From Gammaproteobacteria bacterium (lineage in GTDB: Bacteria > Pseudomonadota > Gammaproteobacteria > Burkholderiales > SG8-39), in the NCBI GenBank assembly GCA_041496705.1, contig JBGQFD010000004.1:6321-70320 (forward strand): DNA of 64,000 nt, in the 5' to 3' direction. The position numbers were made by a program, and so were the translations under genes. Shown piece by piece: positions 17,620 through 26,157 of this stretch. Under the pieces are notes generated by a model that did no database searches, was not told the DNA's origin, and saw only the letters and a program-made list of their open reading frames with translations. Numbering within the stretch: the stretch's first letter is position 1; each line of letters opens with the position of its first letter.

Positions 17620-18462
17620 TTATATAGTCCTCTCGACCATTGCCTTCAACTCCGCCGTCACCTCCGGCTCGATGCCGAACCACGCCTTCCACGCTGGCCG
17701 ACCCTGGTGCAGCAGCATGCCCAGACCGTTGACGGTCGGATTCCCGCGGCTGCGCGCCGCGGCGAGGAACGGCGTCTCCAGCGGTATGTAGATGATGTCG
17801 GCGGCGAGCGCCGTCTTCGGCAGCTCGTCCAGATTGAGGTCGAGCGCGGGCTGGCCGACCATGCCGCAGCTCGTGGTGTTGACGACCATCGCGGCGCCCT
17901 CGAGCGCGGCGTGGCGTTGTTCCCACGGCAACGCCCGGATCGGGTCGCCGAATGCATCGGCGATGCCCTTGGCGCGGGCGAAGCTGCGGTTGACGAGGCG
18001 AATCTCCCTGGCACCCTCCTGCGCGAGGCCGTAGCACACCGCGCGCGAGCCGCCGCCCGCCCCGATCACCGCGACCGGGCCGGCGTCGGCGCGCCAGCCG
18101 GGTTGCGATTGCCTCAAGTTGTGGATGAAGCCGTAGCAGTCGTTGTTGGTGCCGGCGAGCGAGCCGTCGGGCCCGACCACCACGCAGCTGATCGCGCCGA
18201 TGGCTTTCGCCAGCTCATCCACCTCGTCGACGACCTTCATCGCTTGCTGCTTGTGCGGGATCGTCAGGTTGCAGCCGGAGAATCCCAGCGGGTGCAGCGC
18301 GCGCAAACCGCTCGCGAGGCCCTCGGGCCGGATGGCGAGCGGCACGTAGGTTCCGGCCAGGCCGTGCTGCTTGAACCAGTAATTATGCAGCAGCGGCGAG
18401 CGTGAATGCATCACCGGCCAACCCATGACGCCGGCGAGCAGGAAACGATCGGGGTGCGACAT
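17620..18462 (-). CDS. aroE: Shikimate dehydrogenase
   Basis: Start set to ATG 18462 (MSHPDRFLLAGVMGWPVMHSRSPLLHNYWF...NLTIPHKQ...GTNNDCYGF...GAGGGSRAV). The longer 418-aa ORF adds a non-protein-like leader. Confidence 0.9.
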   Translation of the reverse strand: MSHPDRFLLAGVMGWPVMHSRSPLLHNYWFKQHGLAGTYVPLAIRPEGLASGLRALHPLGFSGCNLTIPHKQQAMKVVDEVDELAKAIGAISCVVVGPDGSLAGTNNDCYGFIHNLRQSQPGWRADAGPVAVIGAGGGSRAVCYGLAQEGAREIRLVNRSFARAKGIADAFGDPIRALPWEQRHAALEGAAMVVNTTSCGMVGQPALDLNLDELPKTALAADIIYIPLETPFLAAARSRGNPTVNGLGMLLHQGRPAWKAWFGIEPEVTAELKAMVERTI

Positions 18463-18540
18463 GCGAAGCCTTGTCTCCGGAAAAACCGCCGAGTATTTTC
18501 TCACGCCTACGGGCTGCGGGGCTTCTGCTACGCTCCAGGC

Positions 18541-18837
18541 ATGTTGCGTCCCTTGGAAAGAAGCCCCGAACGTGTCGAGGCCGTCGAGAGCCTGACGCGC
18601 TGGACCCGCGACAGGTTCAAGCTCGAAGGCGATGCATCGATCTCGGTAGCGGAGATCGCCTGTCCGCTGCCGGGCTGTCCGCCGCTGGAGACCGTCGTGA
18701 CGTTCTGGATCGGGGAACGGCGCCACCAGTTCAGGGTGTTCAAGCCGGTGGAAGGGGTAGCGATCGAAGACCTTCCCTACGCTTGGCTCAGGGAAGCGCT
18801 CGCGGTCGACGAGGGGCTCGACTACGACTGCTGCTGA
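18541..18837 (+). CDS. Hypothetical small Cys-containing protein (98 aa)
   Basis: MLRPLERSPERVEAVESLTRWTRDRFKLEGDASISVAEIACPLPGCPPLETVV...DYDCC. Coding-like codon bias, weak RBS, no family recognised. Confidence 0.5.
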   Translation: MLRPLERSPERVEAVESLTRWTRDRFKLEGDASISVAEIACPLPGCPPLETVVTFWIGERRHQFRVFKPVEGVAIEDLPYAWLREALAVDEGLDYDCC

Positions 18838-18923
18838 TACGCGGGCCCCTTGACGGCCGGGACCCCCGTGATTCAATCTGTGCTCCGGGAGACCGACATC
18901 ATCAAAACAAGGAGGAGATCATC

Positions 18924-19538
18924 ATGAAACGCCTGTCCGTCATCATTGCGGGACTGCTGGTCATCGGGTTGAGCGTCGTGGGTTGTTCGTACATGCCATG
19001 GTCCGACGCGGGCTGGACCACGCTCATCGACGGGACCGCCGGCATGGACAACTTCAACCCCATCGGCGACGCCAACTGGAGAGGAGAGGACGGTGCCATC
19101 GTGGCCGACAAGGGCAAGGGCGGGTATCTCGTGTCGAAGAACTCCTACAAGGACTTTCAGATCAGGGCCGAGTTCTGGGCGGATACCACCACGAACAGCG
19201 GCGTCTTCATCCGTTGCATCGATCCCAGCAAGGTCACCGCCACCAATGCCTACGAGGTGAACATCTACGACCAGCGCCCGGATCCGTCCTACGGCACTGG
19301 AGGGATCGTCAATGTGGCCAAGGTTTCGTCCGTGCTCAAAGCCGGCGGTAAATGGAATACGTATGAGATTACGGCCAAGGGCTCGCAGCTGACCGTCGTG
19401 CTGAACGGCGTCCAGACCGCGAACGTCCAGAACAGCCAGTTCGCGCAGGGACGGGTGGCACTCCAGTATGGCCTCGGCCCCAAAAACGCCCCCGGCGGCG
19501 TCATCAAGTGGCGCAAGGTGCAGATCAGGGAGTTGTAG
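18924..19538 (+). CDS. DUF1080 (3-keto-disaccharide hydrolase-like) lipoprotein
   Basis: ATG 18924 after AGGAGGAG. Lipobox SVVGC. WTTLIDGT...NWRGEDGAIVA...GYLVSKNSYKDFQIRAEFW...NSGVFIR...GKWNTYEI...IKWRKVQIREL. Confidence 0.72.
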   Translation: MKRLSVIIAGLLVIGLSVVGCSYMPWSDAGWTTLIDGTAGMDNFNPIGDANWRGEDGAIVADKGKGGYLVSKNSYKDFQIRAEFWADTTTNSGVFIRCIDPSKVTATNAYEVNIYDQRPDPSYGTGGIVNVAKVSSVLKAGGKWNTYEITAKGSQLTVVLNGVQTANVQNSQFAQGRVALQYGLGPKNAPGGVIKWRKVQIREL

Positions 19539-19578
19539 TCCCGCTGAACGGCGCATTCCGCACATCCGCAGCGACGGC

Positions 19579-19608
19579 CCGGGGCCTCCGGCATTTCGGA
19601 GGCCCCGG
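19579..19608 (+). terminator. Strong GC hairpin downstream of the DUF1080 gene
   Basis: Perfect 12-bp stem CCGGGGCCTCCG (19579-19590) / CGGAGGCCCCGG (19597-19608), 6-nt loop gcattt. No clear U-tract. Confidence 0.55.
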
Positions 19609-19659
19609 CGATTGTCCGCGGCAACTCCGAACACCAGCCACCGGGAGCTGAACATCCTC

Positions 19660-20607
19660 ATGGCAGAGCCCAAGCTGAAAACCGTCACCCGCACGCAGGG
19701 CAACAACCAGGCGCTGAAGGACGGCAGCGTCAAGCCGCGCGGCTTCGTGTTCGACTTCGAGGAGGTGAACCCGCTGATCGATGCGTTTCGCCGCATGGTG
19801 CGGGGCCTGGAGTTCGACGTCTGCGAAATGGCGCTCACCACCTACATCTGCGCTCGCGCCCACGGCAAGCGCATGACCGCGCTACCCATTTTTCTGGTAC
19901 GCGCGTTTCACCACGGCGCCGTCCTGATCAATACGAAAGCCGGCATCAGGAGCCCCAAGGACCTGGAAGAAAAGAAAGTCGGCGTCAATCGTGGGTACAC
20001 CGTCACCACCGGCCTGTGGGCGCGCAGCGTATTGCAGCACCAGTACGGCGTGGACTTGAAGAAAATCACCTGGGTACTCTCGGGCGACGAGCACGTGGCC
20101 GAGTACCGGCCGCCCTCGAACGTCGTGCCCGTCGAGAAAGGCAAGAAGATGGCGGACCTGCTGGCGTCGGGCGAGTTGGTCGCCGCCATCGGTATCGAGA
20201 TGGAGCACCCGGACGTTAAGCCGCTCATTGCCAATGCCAAGGAGGCGGGATTCGAGGCCCTGCACCGGCTCGGCCACTACCCGATCAATCACACGGTGGT
20301 GGTGAAAGACGATCTGCTCGCCGAGCGTCCGGGCCTGGCGCCGGACATCTTCAACGCCTTCGCCGAGGCGAAGCGTCTCTACCTCGAGCGGCTCAAGGCC
20401 GGCACGATCGCGAATCCGACGCCGGTCGACGAGGTGCACCGCCGGGTGATGGAGATCACGGGCAAGGACCCCTTGCCCTACGGTATCGCGCCCAACCGCA
20501 AGACCCTCGACGAGGTCATCGAGTCCGCGCTCGAGCAGGCGATCATCACGCACCCGGTCGCGGTGGAGGATCTCTTCGCGCGAAACACGCGCGGCCTGGT
20601 CGGGTGA
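19660..20607 (+). CDS. PhtD-like/NMT1-fold cytosolic protein, paralogue 3
   Basis: Start set to ATG 19660 (MAEPKLKTVTRTQGNNQALKDGSVKPRGFVFDFEEVNPLIDAFRRMVRGLEFDVCEMALTTY...). Same architecture as 6845 and 13745. No signal peptide. Confidence 0.7.
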   Translation: MAEPKLKTVTRTQGNNQALKDGSVKPRGFVFDFEEVNPLIDAFRRMVRGLEFDVCEMALTTYICARAHGKRMTALPIFLVRAFHHGAVLINTKAGIRSPKDLEEKKVGVNRGYTVTTGLWARSVLQHQYGVDLKKITWVLSGDEHVAEYRPPSNVVPVEKGKKMADLLASGELVAAIGIEMEHPDVKPLIANAKEAGFEALHRLGHYPINHTVVVKDDLLAERPGLAPDIFNAFAEAKRLYLERLKAGTIANPTPVDEVHRRVMEITGKDPLPYGIAPNRKTLDEVIESALEQAIITHPVAVEDLFARNTRGLVG

Positions 20608-20683
20608 CAGGCCCGCCGTTGACAGCCCGGCAAGGGAAGCGGAACATCGCCGGCGATTCGCACCGCATCCAGGAGGAAGCATC

Positions 20684-21595
20684 ATGACCGTCAAGGAAAG
20701 GACGAAACCCCAGGTCGCGACCATGAACGCGGTGCACGACCTGCCGGTGCTGGTCGCCCGCGACAAGGGCTTCTTCAAGGACGAGGGCCTGGACCTCAAG
20801 TTCGTGACCACGCCGGGGATGGCCCAGGTCACGACTTCCCACTTCGTCAAGTTCGATTCCGTCTTCGACCGCCCGCTCGACTCGGTCTACAACGAGGGCG
20901 GCATCGACCAGTACCGCATGTGCGAATGGGGCATCATGAAGCGCGCCGTCGAGGCCAACACGCAGGGGCTGCGCGGGCGCAAGATCGTGGCGCTGGGCGC
21001 CTCGATGTCGAAGTTCGCCATCGTCGTCGCGCACGACTCGAAGATCTACGAGCCCGAGATGCTCAAGGACAAGCCGATCGCGGTGACGCCGAACAACGGC
21101 TCGGACTTCACTACGCTGAAGATGATGGAAGGCTTCCTCGCGCCCGAGCACATCAAGAGGACACACGCGGGATCGATGCTCAAGCGGCTCGAGGCCGTGC
21201 GCGAGGGCAAGGTCGCGGCGGCGAGCGTCATGGAGCCCTGGATAAGCGTGGCGCAGAAATGGGGTCTGCGCATCCTGATCGAGTCGCACTCGACGCGCAG
21301 CGAGGCGGCCGGCGACGACCTCGACGGCCCGACGCTCGCGAAAATGTTCCGCGCGCAGGCGCGGGCGGTCGAGCTCATCGAAAAAGATCCAGCGCCTTTC
21401 ATCCACTATTTCATCCGCGAGACCGCGGGGCTCCTCGAGCCGCACGAGTTCCAGACCTGGCGCCTGCTTCATGCAGCGCCGCAACCCTACACGCGCGAGC
21501 GTTTCGACGACACCTACAACTGGACGGTGAAGTGGAACATGACGGTGCCGGGGGCCACTTACGAGAACACCGTCGACAACCGCGCCTGGAACTGA
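20684..21595 (+). CDS. NMT1/THI5-like (SsuA-fold) protein without signal peptide, tandem copy A
   Basis: AGGAGGAAG RBS. MNAVHDLPVLVARDKGFFKDEGLDLKFV... is the typical NMT1/SsuA-type fold opening. 303 aa, ends PGATYENTVDNRAWN. Confidence 0.72.
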   Translation: MTVKERTKPQVATMNAVHDLPVLVARDKGFFKDEGLDLKFVTTPGMAQVTTSHFVKFDSVFDRPLDSVYNEGGIDQYRMCEWGIMKRAVEANTQGLRGRKIVALGASMSKFAIVVAHDSKIYEPEMLKDKPIAVTPNNGSDFTTLKMMEGFLAPEHIKRTHAGSMLKRLEAVREGKVAAASVMEPWISVAQKWGLRILIESHSTRSEAAGDDLDGPTLAKMFRAQARAVELIEKDPAPFIHYFIRETAGLLEPHEFQTWRLLHAAPQPYTRERFDDTYNWTVKWNMTVPGATYENTVDNRAWN

Positions 21596-21610
21596 CTGGA
21601 GGAGCCTGCA

Positions 21611-22522
21611 ATGACCGCATCATTGAGAAAAGTGAAGGCATCGATGATGAACGCCATCCACGACCTGCCCCTGCTCGTTGCTCGCGACGAAGGTTTCTTC
21701 AGGGACCAGGGGCTTGACGTGGAGATCATCAAGACGCCGGGCTCGGGCCAGCGGGACTCGGACCACCAGGCGCTGCGCCCCAATGTTTTCGACCGCACCA
21801 TGGAGGCCCTGTACGACCAGGGCGCGTGCGACCAGTTCCGCATGTGCGAGTGGGGTGTGATGAAGCGGGCGGTCGAGTCGAACGTGACCTCGGGCCACCG
21901 CCCCGCGAAGATCGTCGCCCTGGGCGCCGCGATGTCGACCTTTGCGATTGTCACCGATCCCAAGTCCGGCATCTACGAGCCCGAGCAGCTGAAGGGGAAG
22001 CCGATCGGCGTGAGTCCCTACAACGGCTCGCATTTCACCACCCTGAAGCTGCTGGAAGGCTTCCTCGAGCGCGACCAGATCAACACCACTTTCGCCGGAA
22101 CGATGAAGGAGCGCATGGAAGCGGTGAGCAAGGGCGAAGTCGCGGCCGTCAGCCTGATGGAGCCCTGGATCAGCGTCGCGGAGAAGCGGGGTTTGCGCGT
22201 TCTCATGGAGTCGCACTCGACCCGCAGCGAGGCCGCCGGCGACGAACTCGACGGCCCGACGCTGGCGAAGATGTTCAGGGCCGAGGCCGAGGCCTCCAGG
22301 GCGATCGAGAAGAATCCGGAGCGTTACGCGCGCTACCTGGTCGAAGAGGCCGGAGGCCTGCTCGAGCTGAAGGACCTCAAGCTCTCGCGGATCCTGAACG
22401 CGCCGCCCGAGCCGTATACCCGCGATCGCTTCGAGCACACCTACCAGTGGACGCTGGGCTGGGAACTGGTTCCGCCGGGCGCGACCTACGAGAACACGGT
22501 GGACAATCGCGCCTGGAACTAG
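21611..22522 (+). CDS. NMT1/THI5-like protein without signal peptide, tandem copy B
   Basis: 15-nt gap after copy A and GGAGGA RBS. Identical length (303 aa), collinear with copy A, same C-terminal PGATYENTVDNRAWN. Confidence 0.72.
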   Translation: MTASLRKVKASMMNAIHDLPLLVARDEGFFRDQGLDVEIIKTPGSGQRDSDHQALRPNVFDRTMEALYDQGACDQFRMCEWGVMKRAVESNVTSGHRPAKIVALGAAMSTFAIVTDPKSGIYEPEQLKGKPIGVSPYNGSHFTTLKLLEGFLERDQINTTFAGTMKERMEAVSKGEVAAVSLMEPWISVAEKRGLRVLMESHSTRSEAAGDELDGPTLAKMFRAEAEASRAIEKNPERYARYLVEEAGGLLELKDLKLSRILNAPPEPYTRDRFEHTYQWTLGWELVPPGATYENTVDNRAWN

Positions 22523-23373
22523 GTCCGCTGCTTGTCCAGAAACTGCAGCAAGCGCGCCGGAGCCGTCGCCTCCGTCTGAGCCTCGGGAAGAACGTCCCAG
22601 TACTCCGAGCGCGGCAGGCATTCCTCGAGATACCTCGCCGCCGAAGTCGCGTGCGATTCGTCGTGGCCCGGAATGACGAGCGTCGGGATGTCGAGGCGCA
22701 GCAGGTCCTCGGGCCTTGCGCCAGGTGCGGTGTCGCGGTCGAGGAGATTGCGGCACATGGCGGCGACGACGAGCTGGTATTGCTCCAGGTTCTGCGCGGC
22801 ATAGGATGCGGCGAACGCGGCGTCATGGCGTATCACCGAGGCCCAGGGACCGCCGCGGGGGTCGGCGCCGAAGGCCTTGCCTTCTTTCCGCGCCAGCGCG
22901 ACGACCTGCTCGAGACCGTGCGCGCGCACGTAGTCCAGGTGCTCGGCGAAGCGCTGGTGCCCCTTGATGCGGTACTTCGCCCCGCCCACGGGCCACCACA
23001 GGATCATGCTCAGCGTCGCCTCCGGGTAAGCGACCGCGAAAGCCGTCACCGGACAGCAGCCCATGCAGCCGCCCATCAGGTGCGCGCTGCGAATCTCGAG
23101 GTGCTCGAGCAGGCCCCGCCCTTGAGCCACGTAGTGGGCCCAGGTCATGGCCTCCACCCGGCCGCCCGACTGCCCGCACTCGCGCCGGTCGAAGACGATG
23201 CAGGTGTACTTCTTGGTCAGGTGATCGAGCAGCTTGATTCGGGCGTACACGCCCTGCGTGGTCCATTTGTCCAGGGTCGCGTCGAACCCGGCGGGCGAAT
23301 ACATGAGCAAGGGCGGACCGTTTCCAATCACCTCGTAGCGGGTGCTGATGCGGTCGATGACAGCAGTGGGCAT
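22519..23373 (-). CDS. Alpha/beta hydrolase with Cys in the nucleophile-elbow position
   Basis: Start set to ATG 23373 (MPTAVIDRISTRYEVIGNGPPLLMYSP...). FDRRECGQSGG...HLMGGCMGC occupies the place of the usual GxSxG. Its start is 1 nt from the stop of the upstream gene. Confidence 0.78.
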   Translation of the reverse strand: MPTAVIDRISTRYEVIGNGPPLLMYSPAGFDATLDKWTTQGVYARIKLLDHLTKKYTCIVFDRRECGQSGGRVEAMTWAHYVAQGRGLLEHLEIRSAHLMGGCMGCCPVTAFAVAYPEATLSMILWWPVGGAKYRIKGHQRFAEHLDYVRAHGLEQVVALARKEGKAFGADPRGGPWASVIRHDAAFAASYAAQNLEQYQLVVAAMCRNLLDRDTAPGARPEDLLRLDIPTLVIPGHDESHATSAARYLEECLPRSEYWDVLPEAQTEATAPARLLQFLDKQRT

Positions 23374-23374
23374 A

Positions 23375-24112
23375 TCAGCCGCCTCTGATCTGCCGGCCCG
23401 AACGCACGTCATCGATCAGGGCGTGGAAGGCATCGAGGGCGAGCTTCGCGGTATTGCCGTAAGTCTCGGTCTCGGCGTCGATCCACTTCGCCGCATAGCC
23501 GATCGCGGTATGCGCCAGGCGCACGCGTCCGTCGAGCCATGGCCCGCCGCCCAGGCCCCCGATCACCGGAATGGAAACCGCGCGTGCGACGGCCAGACCG
23601 GCCACGGGACCCGAGTGTCTGAAGTCCAGAACCGAAGCGCCCGCATCCTCCAGTCGCTTTGCTTCCGCCACGAGTTTGTCGACAGGAAGGTTCTCGCCAT
23701 GAAACTCGGCAAAGACCGGGACGCCTGCCCGAACGATGGCTATCACCATGCCGGGATCGCCCATGACCTTCACCATGTCGGCGCCGCCCTCCTTTGCCAG
23801 GCGCACGGCCGCACCGACCGCGGTCTTGGTGCCCGCTTGCACCGGACCATTGGGCAGGTCGCAACTCACCAGGGCGCGCTTCGCACCGCGGCGCACGGCC
23901 TTGCAGCAGATCAGCATTTCATCCACCGTGACTTCGCTGTCCGGCGCGTACCCCCAGAGATTCACGCCGACGGAATCGCCCACCGAAATAAGGTCCATAC
24001 CGGCGCGGTCGGCGATTCTCGCCATCTCGGTGTCCCAGGCGACCACGCCGACGATCTTGCGTCCGTCGCGCTTCATCTTCTGAAGCGCGTGAATCGTAAC
24101 CTTGGTTTGCAT
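23375..24112 (-). CDS. PanB-like (3-methyl-2-oxobutanoate hydroxymethyltransferase family) protein
   Basis: KIVGVVAWDTEMARIADRAGMDLISVGDSVGVNLWGY...VTVDEMLICCKAVRRG follows the PanB N-terminal pattern (K..MLTAYD...A..AG.D..LVGDSLGM...G...T..VT.D.M..H..AV.RG). Confidence 0.7.
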   Translation of the reverse strand: MQTKVTIHALQKMKRDGRKIVGVVAWDTEMARIADRAGMDLISVGDSVGVNLWGYAPDSEVTVDEMLICCKAVRRGAKRALVSCDLPNGPVQAGTKTAVGAAVRLAKEGGADMVKVMGDPGMVIAIVRAGVPVFAEFHGENLPVDKLVAEAKRLEDAGASVLDFRHSGPVAGLAVARAVSIPVIGGLGGGPWLDGRVRLAHTAIGYAAKWIDAETETYGNTAKLALDAFHALIDDVRSGRQIRGG

Positions 24113-24119
24113 TTCCTTC

Positions 24120-25118
24120 TTACGCCGGCGAAGCGCCGGCGAGCCGCTTGATCGCCGAGATCATCGCGCCCGGATCGGCGCGGTTCTTCCCTGCGATGTC
24201 GAGCGCGCTGCCGTGCGCGACCGAGGAGAATAGCACCGGCGTGCCGAGCGTGAGCGCCGCGGTGCCAGCGAAAGCGTGCGTTTTCGCCATGATGTGTCCC
24301 TGGTCGTGGACCATCACGACGAAGGCGTCGTAACCTTTCTTCAGGAACATCGTGTCCGCGCCGAACGGTCCTTCGGCCGCGACGCCGTTCTTCTTTGCGT
24401 CCGAAATGGCCGGGCCGATGATTTCCCGTTCCTCTTCGCCGAAGAGGCCGCCTTCGCCGGCGTGCGGGTTCAGGCCCGACACGGCGATGCGCGGCGAGGC
24501 GAGGCCCATGCGCCGCAACGCCGAATCAGTCGAGCGGATCGCGTTCAGCACGCGACTGCGCGTGACGAGTTCGATCGCGCGGCGCAGGCTCAGGTGCAGG
24601 GTCGCATGCGCGACGCGCATTTCCGTTCCGCCGTGATCGAAGCAGATCATGAGGAAGGCGTCGTTTGGCGGCACGCCCGTGCAGCGCGCGACGAAGGTCG
24701 GATAGCCGTCGAACTCGATTCCCGCGAGTTTGATCGAACTTTCGGTCTGCGGCGCGGCGACCACCGCGTCGACTTCGCCGGCGAGCGCCGCGTCGATTGC
24801 CGCCTTCGCCGAATCGAGCGCGGCTTCGCCGTGCGGCGCGGCGATCGATCCGATGTGCAGTTCTCCCGGCTGGAACTGCTTGCGCTCGATCAGCGTGACT
24901 GCGCCGTCGCTCCAGCTCGCGTGTGCGGCGCTCGCAACCGCATTGAATTTCGGCGCGAGGCCGCAGGCGGCGGCGTGTGTTTCCAGCGCGCCGCGGTCGC
25001 CGACCAGCAGTGGACGGCAGATCCTGTTTACCTGGGGGTCGAGCGCGGCCCTGAGCGCGATCTCCGGTCCAATGCCTGCCGGGTCGCCGATGGCGATGGC
25101 GATGCGCGGAAGAGACAT
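24120..25118 (-). CDS. PdxA-family NAD-dependent dehydrogenase (TphB-like context)
   Basis: MSLPRIAIAIGDPAGIGPEI... and ...GLNPHAGEGGLFG.EE... are PdxA hallmarks. The start abuts the stop of the Bug gene. Confidence 0.85.
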   Translation of the reverse strand: MSLPRIAIAIGDPAGIGPEIALRAALDPQVNRICRPLLVGDRGALETHAAACGLAPKFNAVASAAHASWSDGAVTLIERKQFQPGELHIGSIAAPHGEAALDSAKAAIDAALAGEVDAVVAAPQTESSIKLAGIEFDGYPTFVARCTGVPPNDAFLMICFDHGGTEMRVAHATLHLSLRRAIELVTRSRVLNAIRSTDSALRRMGLASPRIAVSGLNPHAGEGGLFGEEEREIIGPAISDAKKNGVAAEGPFGADTMFLKKGYDAFVVMVHDQGHIMAKTHAFAGTAALTLGTPVLFSSVAHGSALDIAGKNRADPGAMISAIKRLAGASPA

Positions 25119-26075
25119 CTATTCGGTTTTAACGCCGGCGGAACGGATCACTTCGAGCCAGCGCGTGGCGTCCAGCTTCATGAACGCCGCCATCTGCGCC
25201 GGCGAATAGCCGAGCGGCTCGGCGGAGAGCTCGCCCAAGCGCCTCAGAACGTCGGGCAGTTTCAGCGCCTCGGCGATCGCGGCGGAAAGTTTCTCCGCGA
25301 TAGGCGCGGGCGTCTTCGGCGGGGCGACCACGCCGAACCAGGCGATCGCCACGAACCCGGGCAGCAGTTCGGACAATGCCGGCACGTCGGGAAGCGCCGC
25401 GATCCTCTTTTCACTGCAGACGGCGAGCGCCTTCAGCTTGCCGCTCTTCACGTGCTGCAGCGACACGCCGAGGTTGTCGAACATGATGTCCACCTGCCCG
25501 CCGAGCAGGTCGGTGAGCGCCGGTGCCGTGCCCTTGTAGGGAATGTGCGTGATCTGCAGCTTGCCCGCCATGGACTTGAACATCTCCGCTGCGAGGTGCG
25601 AGGTCGAGCCGCTGCCCTGCGAGGCGTAGTTGAGCCGCCCCGGCGCCGCTCTGGCGAAGGTGATCAGTTCCTGCACGCTGCTTGCGCCCACGCCCGGGTT
25701 CACCAGCAGCACGTTGGGGATCGCCGCCATCACGCTCACCGGCACGAACTGCGCCGGGTCGAAGGCGAGTTTTGCGTAGAGACTCTGGTTGATCACCAGC
25801 GGCGGCGGCGGCGCCGAGAGCAGCAGGTAGCCGTCGGGTTCGGCTTTGTAGACGAACTCCGCGCCGATGTTTCCCGCGGCGCCCGGCCGGTTCTCGACCA
25901 CGACGGGTTGTCCCCACTTCGCCGCGAGCTTCTCGCCGACGATGCGCGGGATGAGATCGGCGCTGCCGCCCGCCGGAAAGGGCACGACGATGCGGATCGC
26001 TCTGCCCGGGTAGTCCTGGGCCTGCGCGGTGACGGTGAACGCAAAAATACATGCGGAGAGCAGTCTGGCGATCAT
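25119..26075 (-). CDS. Bug/TctC-family substrate-binding receptor (TphC-like context)
   Basis: Signal MIARLLSACIFAFTVTAQA, then YPGRAIRIVVPFPAGGSADLIPR. Confidence 0.88.
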   Translation of the reverse strand: MIARLLSACIFAFTVTAQAQDYPGRAIRIVVPFPAGGSADLIPRIVGEKLAAKWGQPVVVENRPGAAGNIGAEFVYKAEPDGYLLLSAPPPPLVINQSLYAKLAFDPAQFVPVSVMAAIPNVLLVNPGVGASSVQELITFARAAPGRLNYASQGSGSTSHLAAEMFKSMAGKLQITHIPYKGTAPALTDLLGGQVDIMFDNLGVSLQHVKSGKLKALAVCSEKRIAALPDVPALSELLPGFVAIAWFGVVAPPKTPAPIAEKLSAAIAEALKLPDVLRRLGELSAEPLGYSPAQMAAFMKLDATRWLEVIRSAGVKTE

Positions 26076-26157
26076 CTGCGTGCCTCGACGTTCGGTCCTG
26101 CCGTATTTTACCGGTGTAGAATCGCTGCAAACGAAAATTCCATTGCAAATCCACCCA

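Noticed and set aside
18406-18540. Longer 143-aa version of the small ORF, starting at 18406
   Set aside because: The extra 45 codons overlap the aroE 5' end on the other strand and read as non-protein-like sequence, so the ATG at 18541 is preferred.
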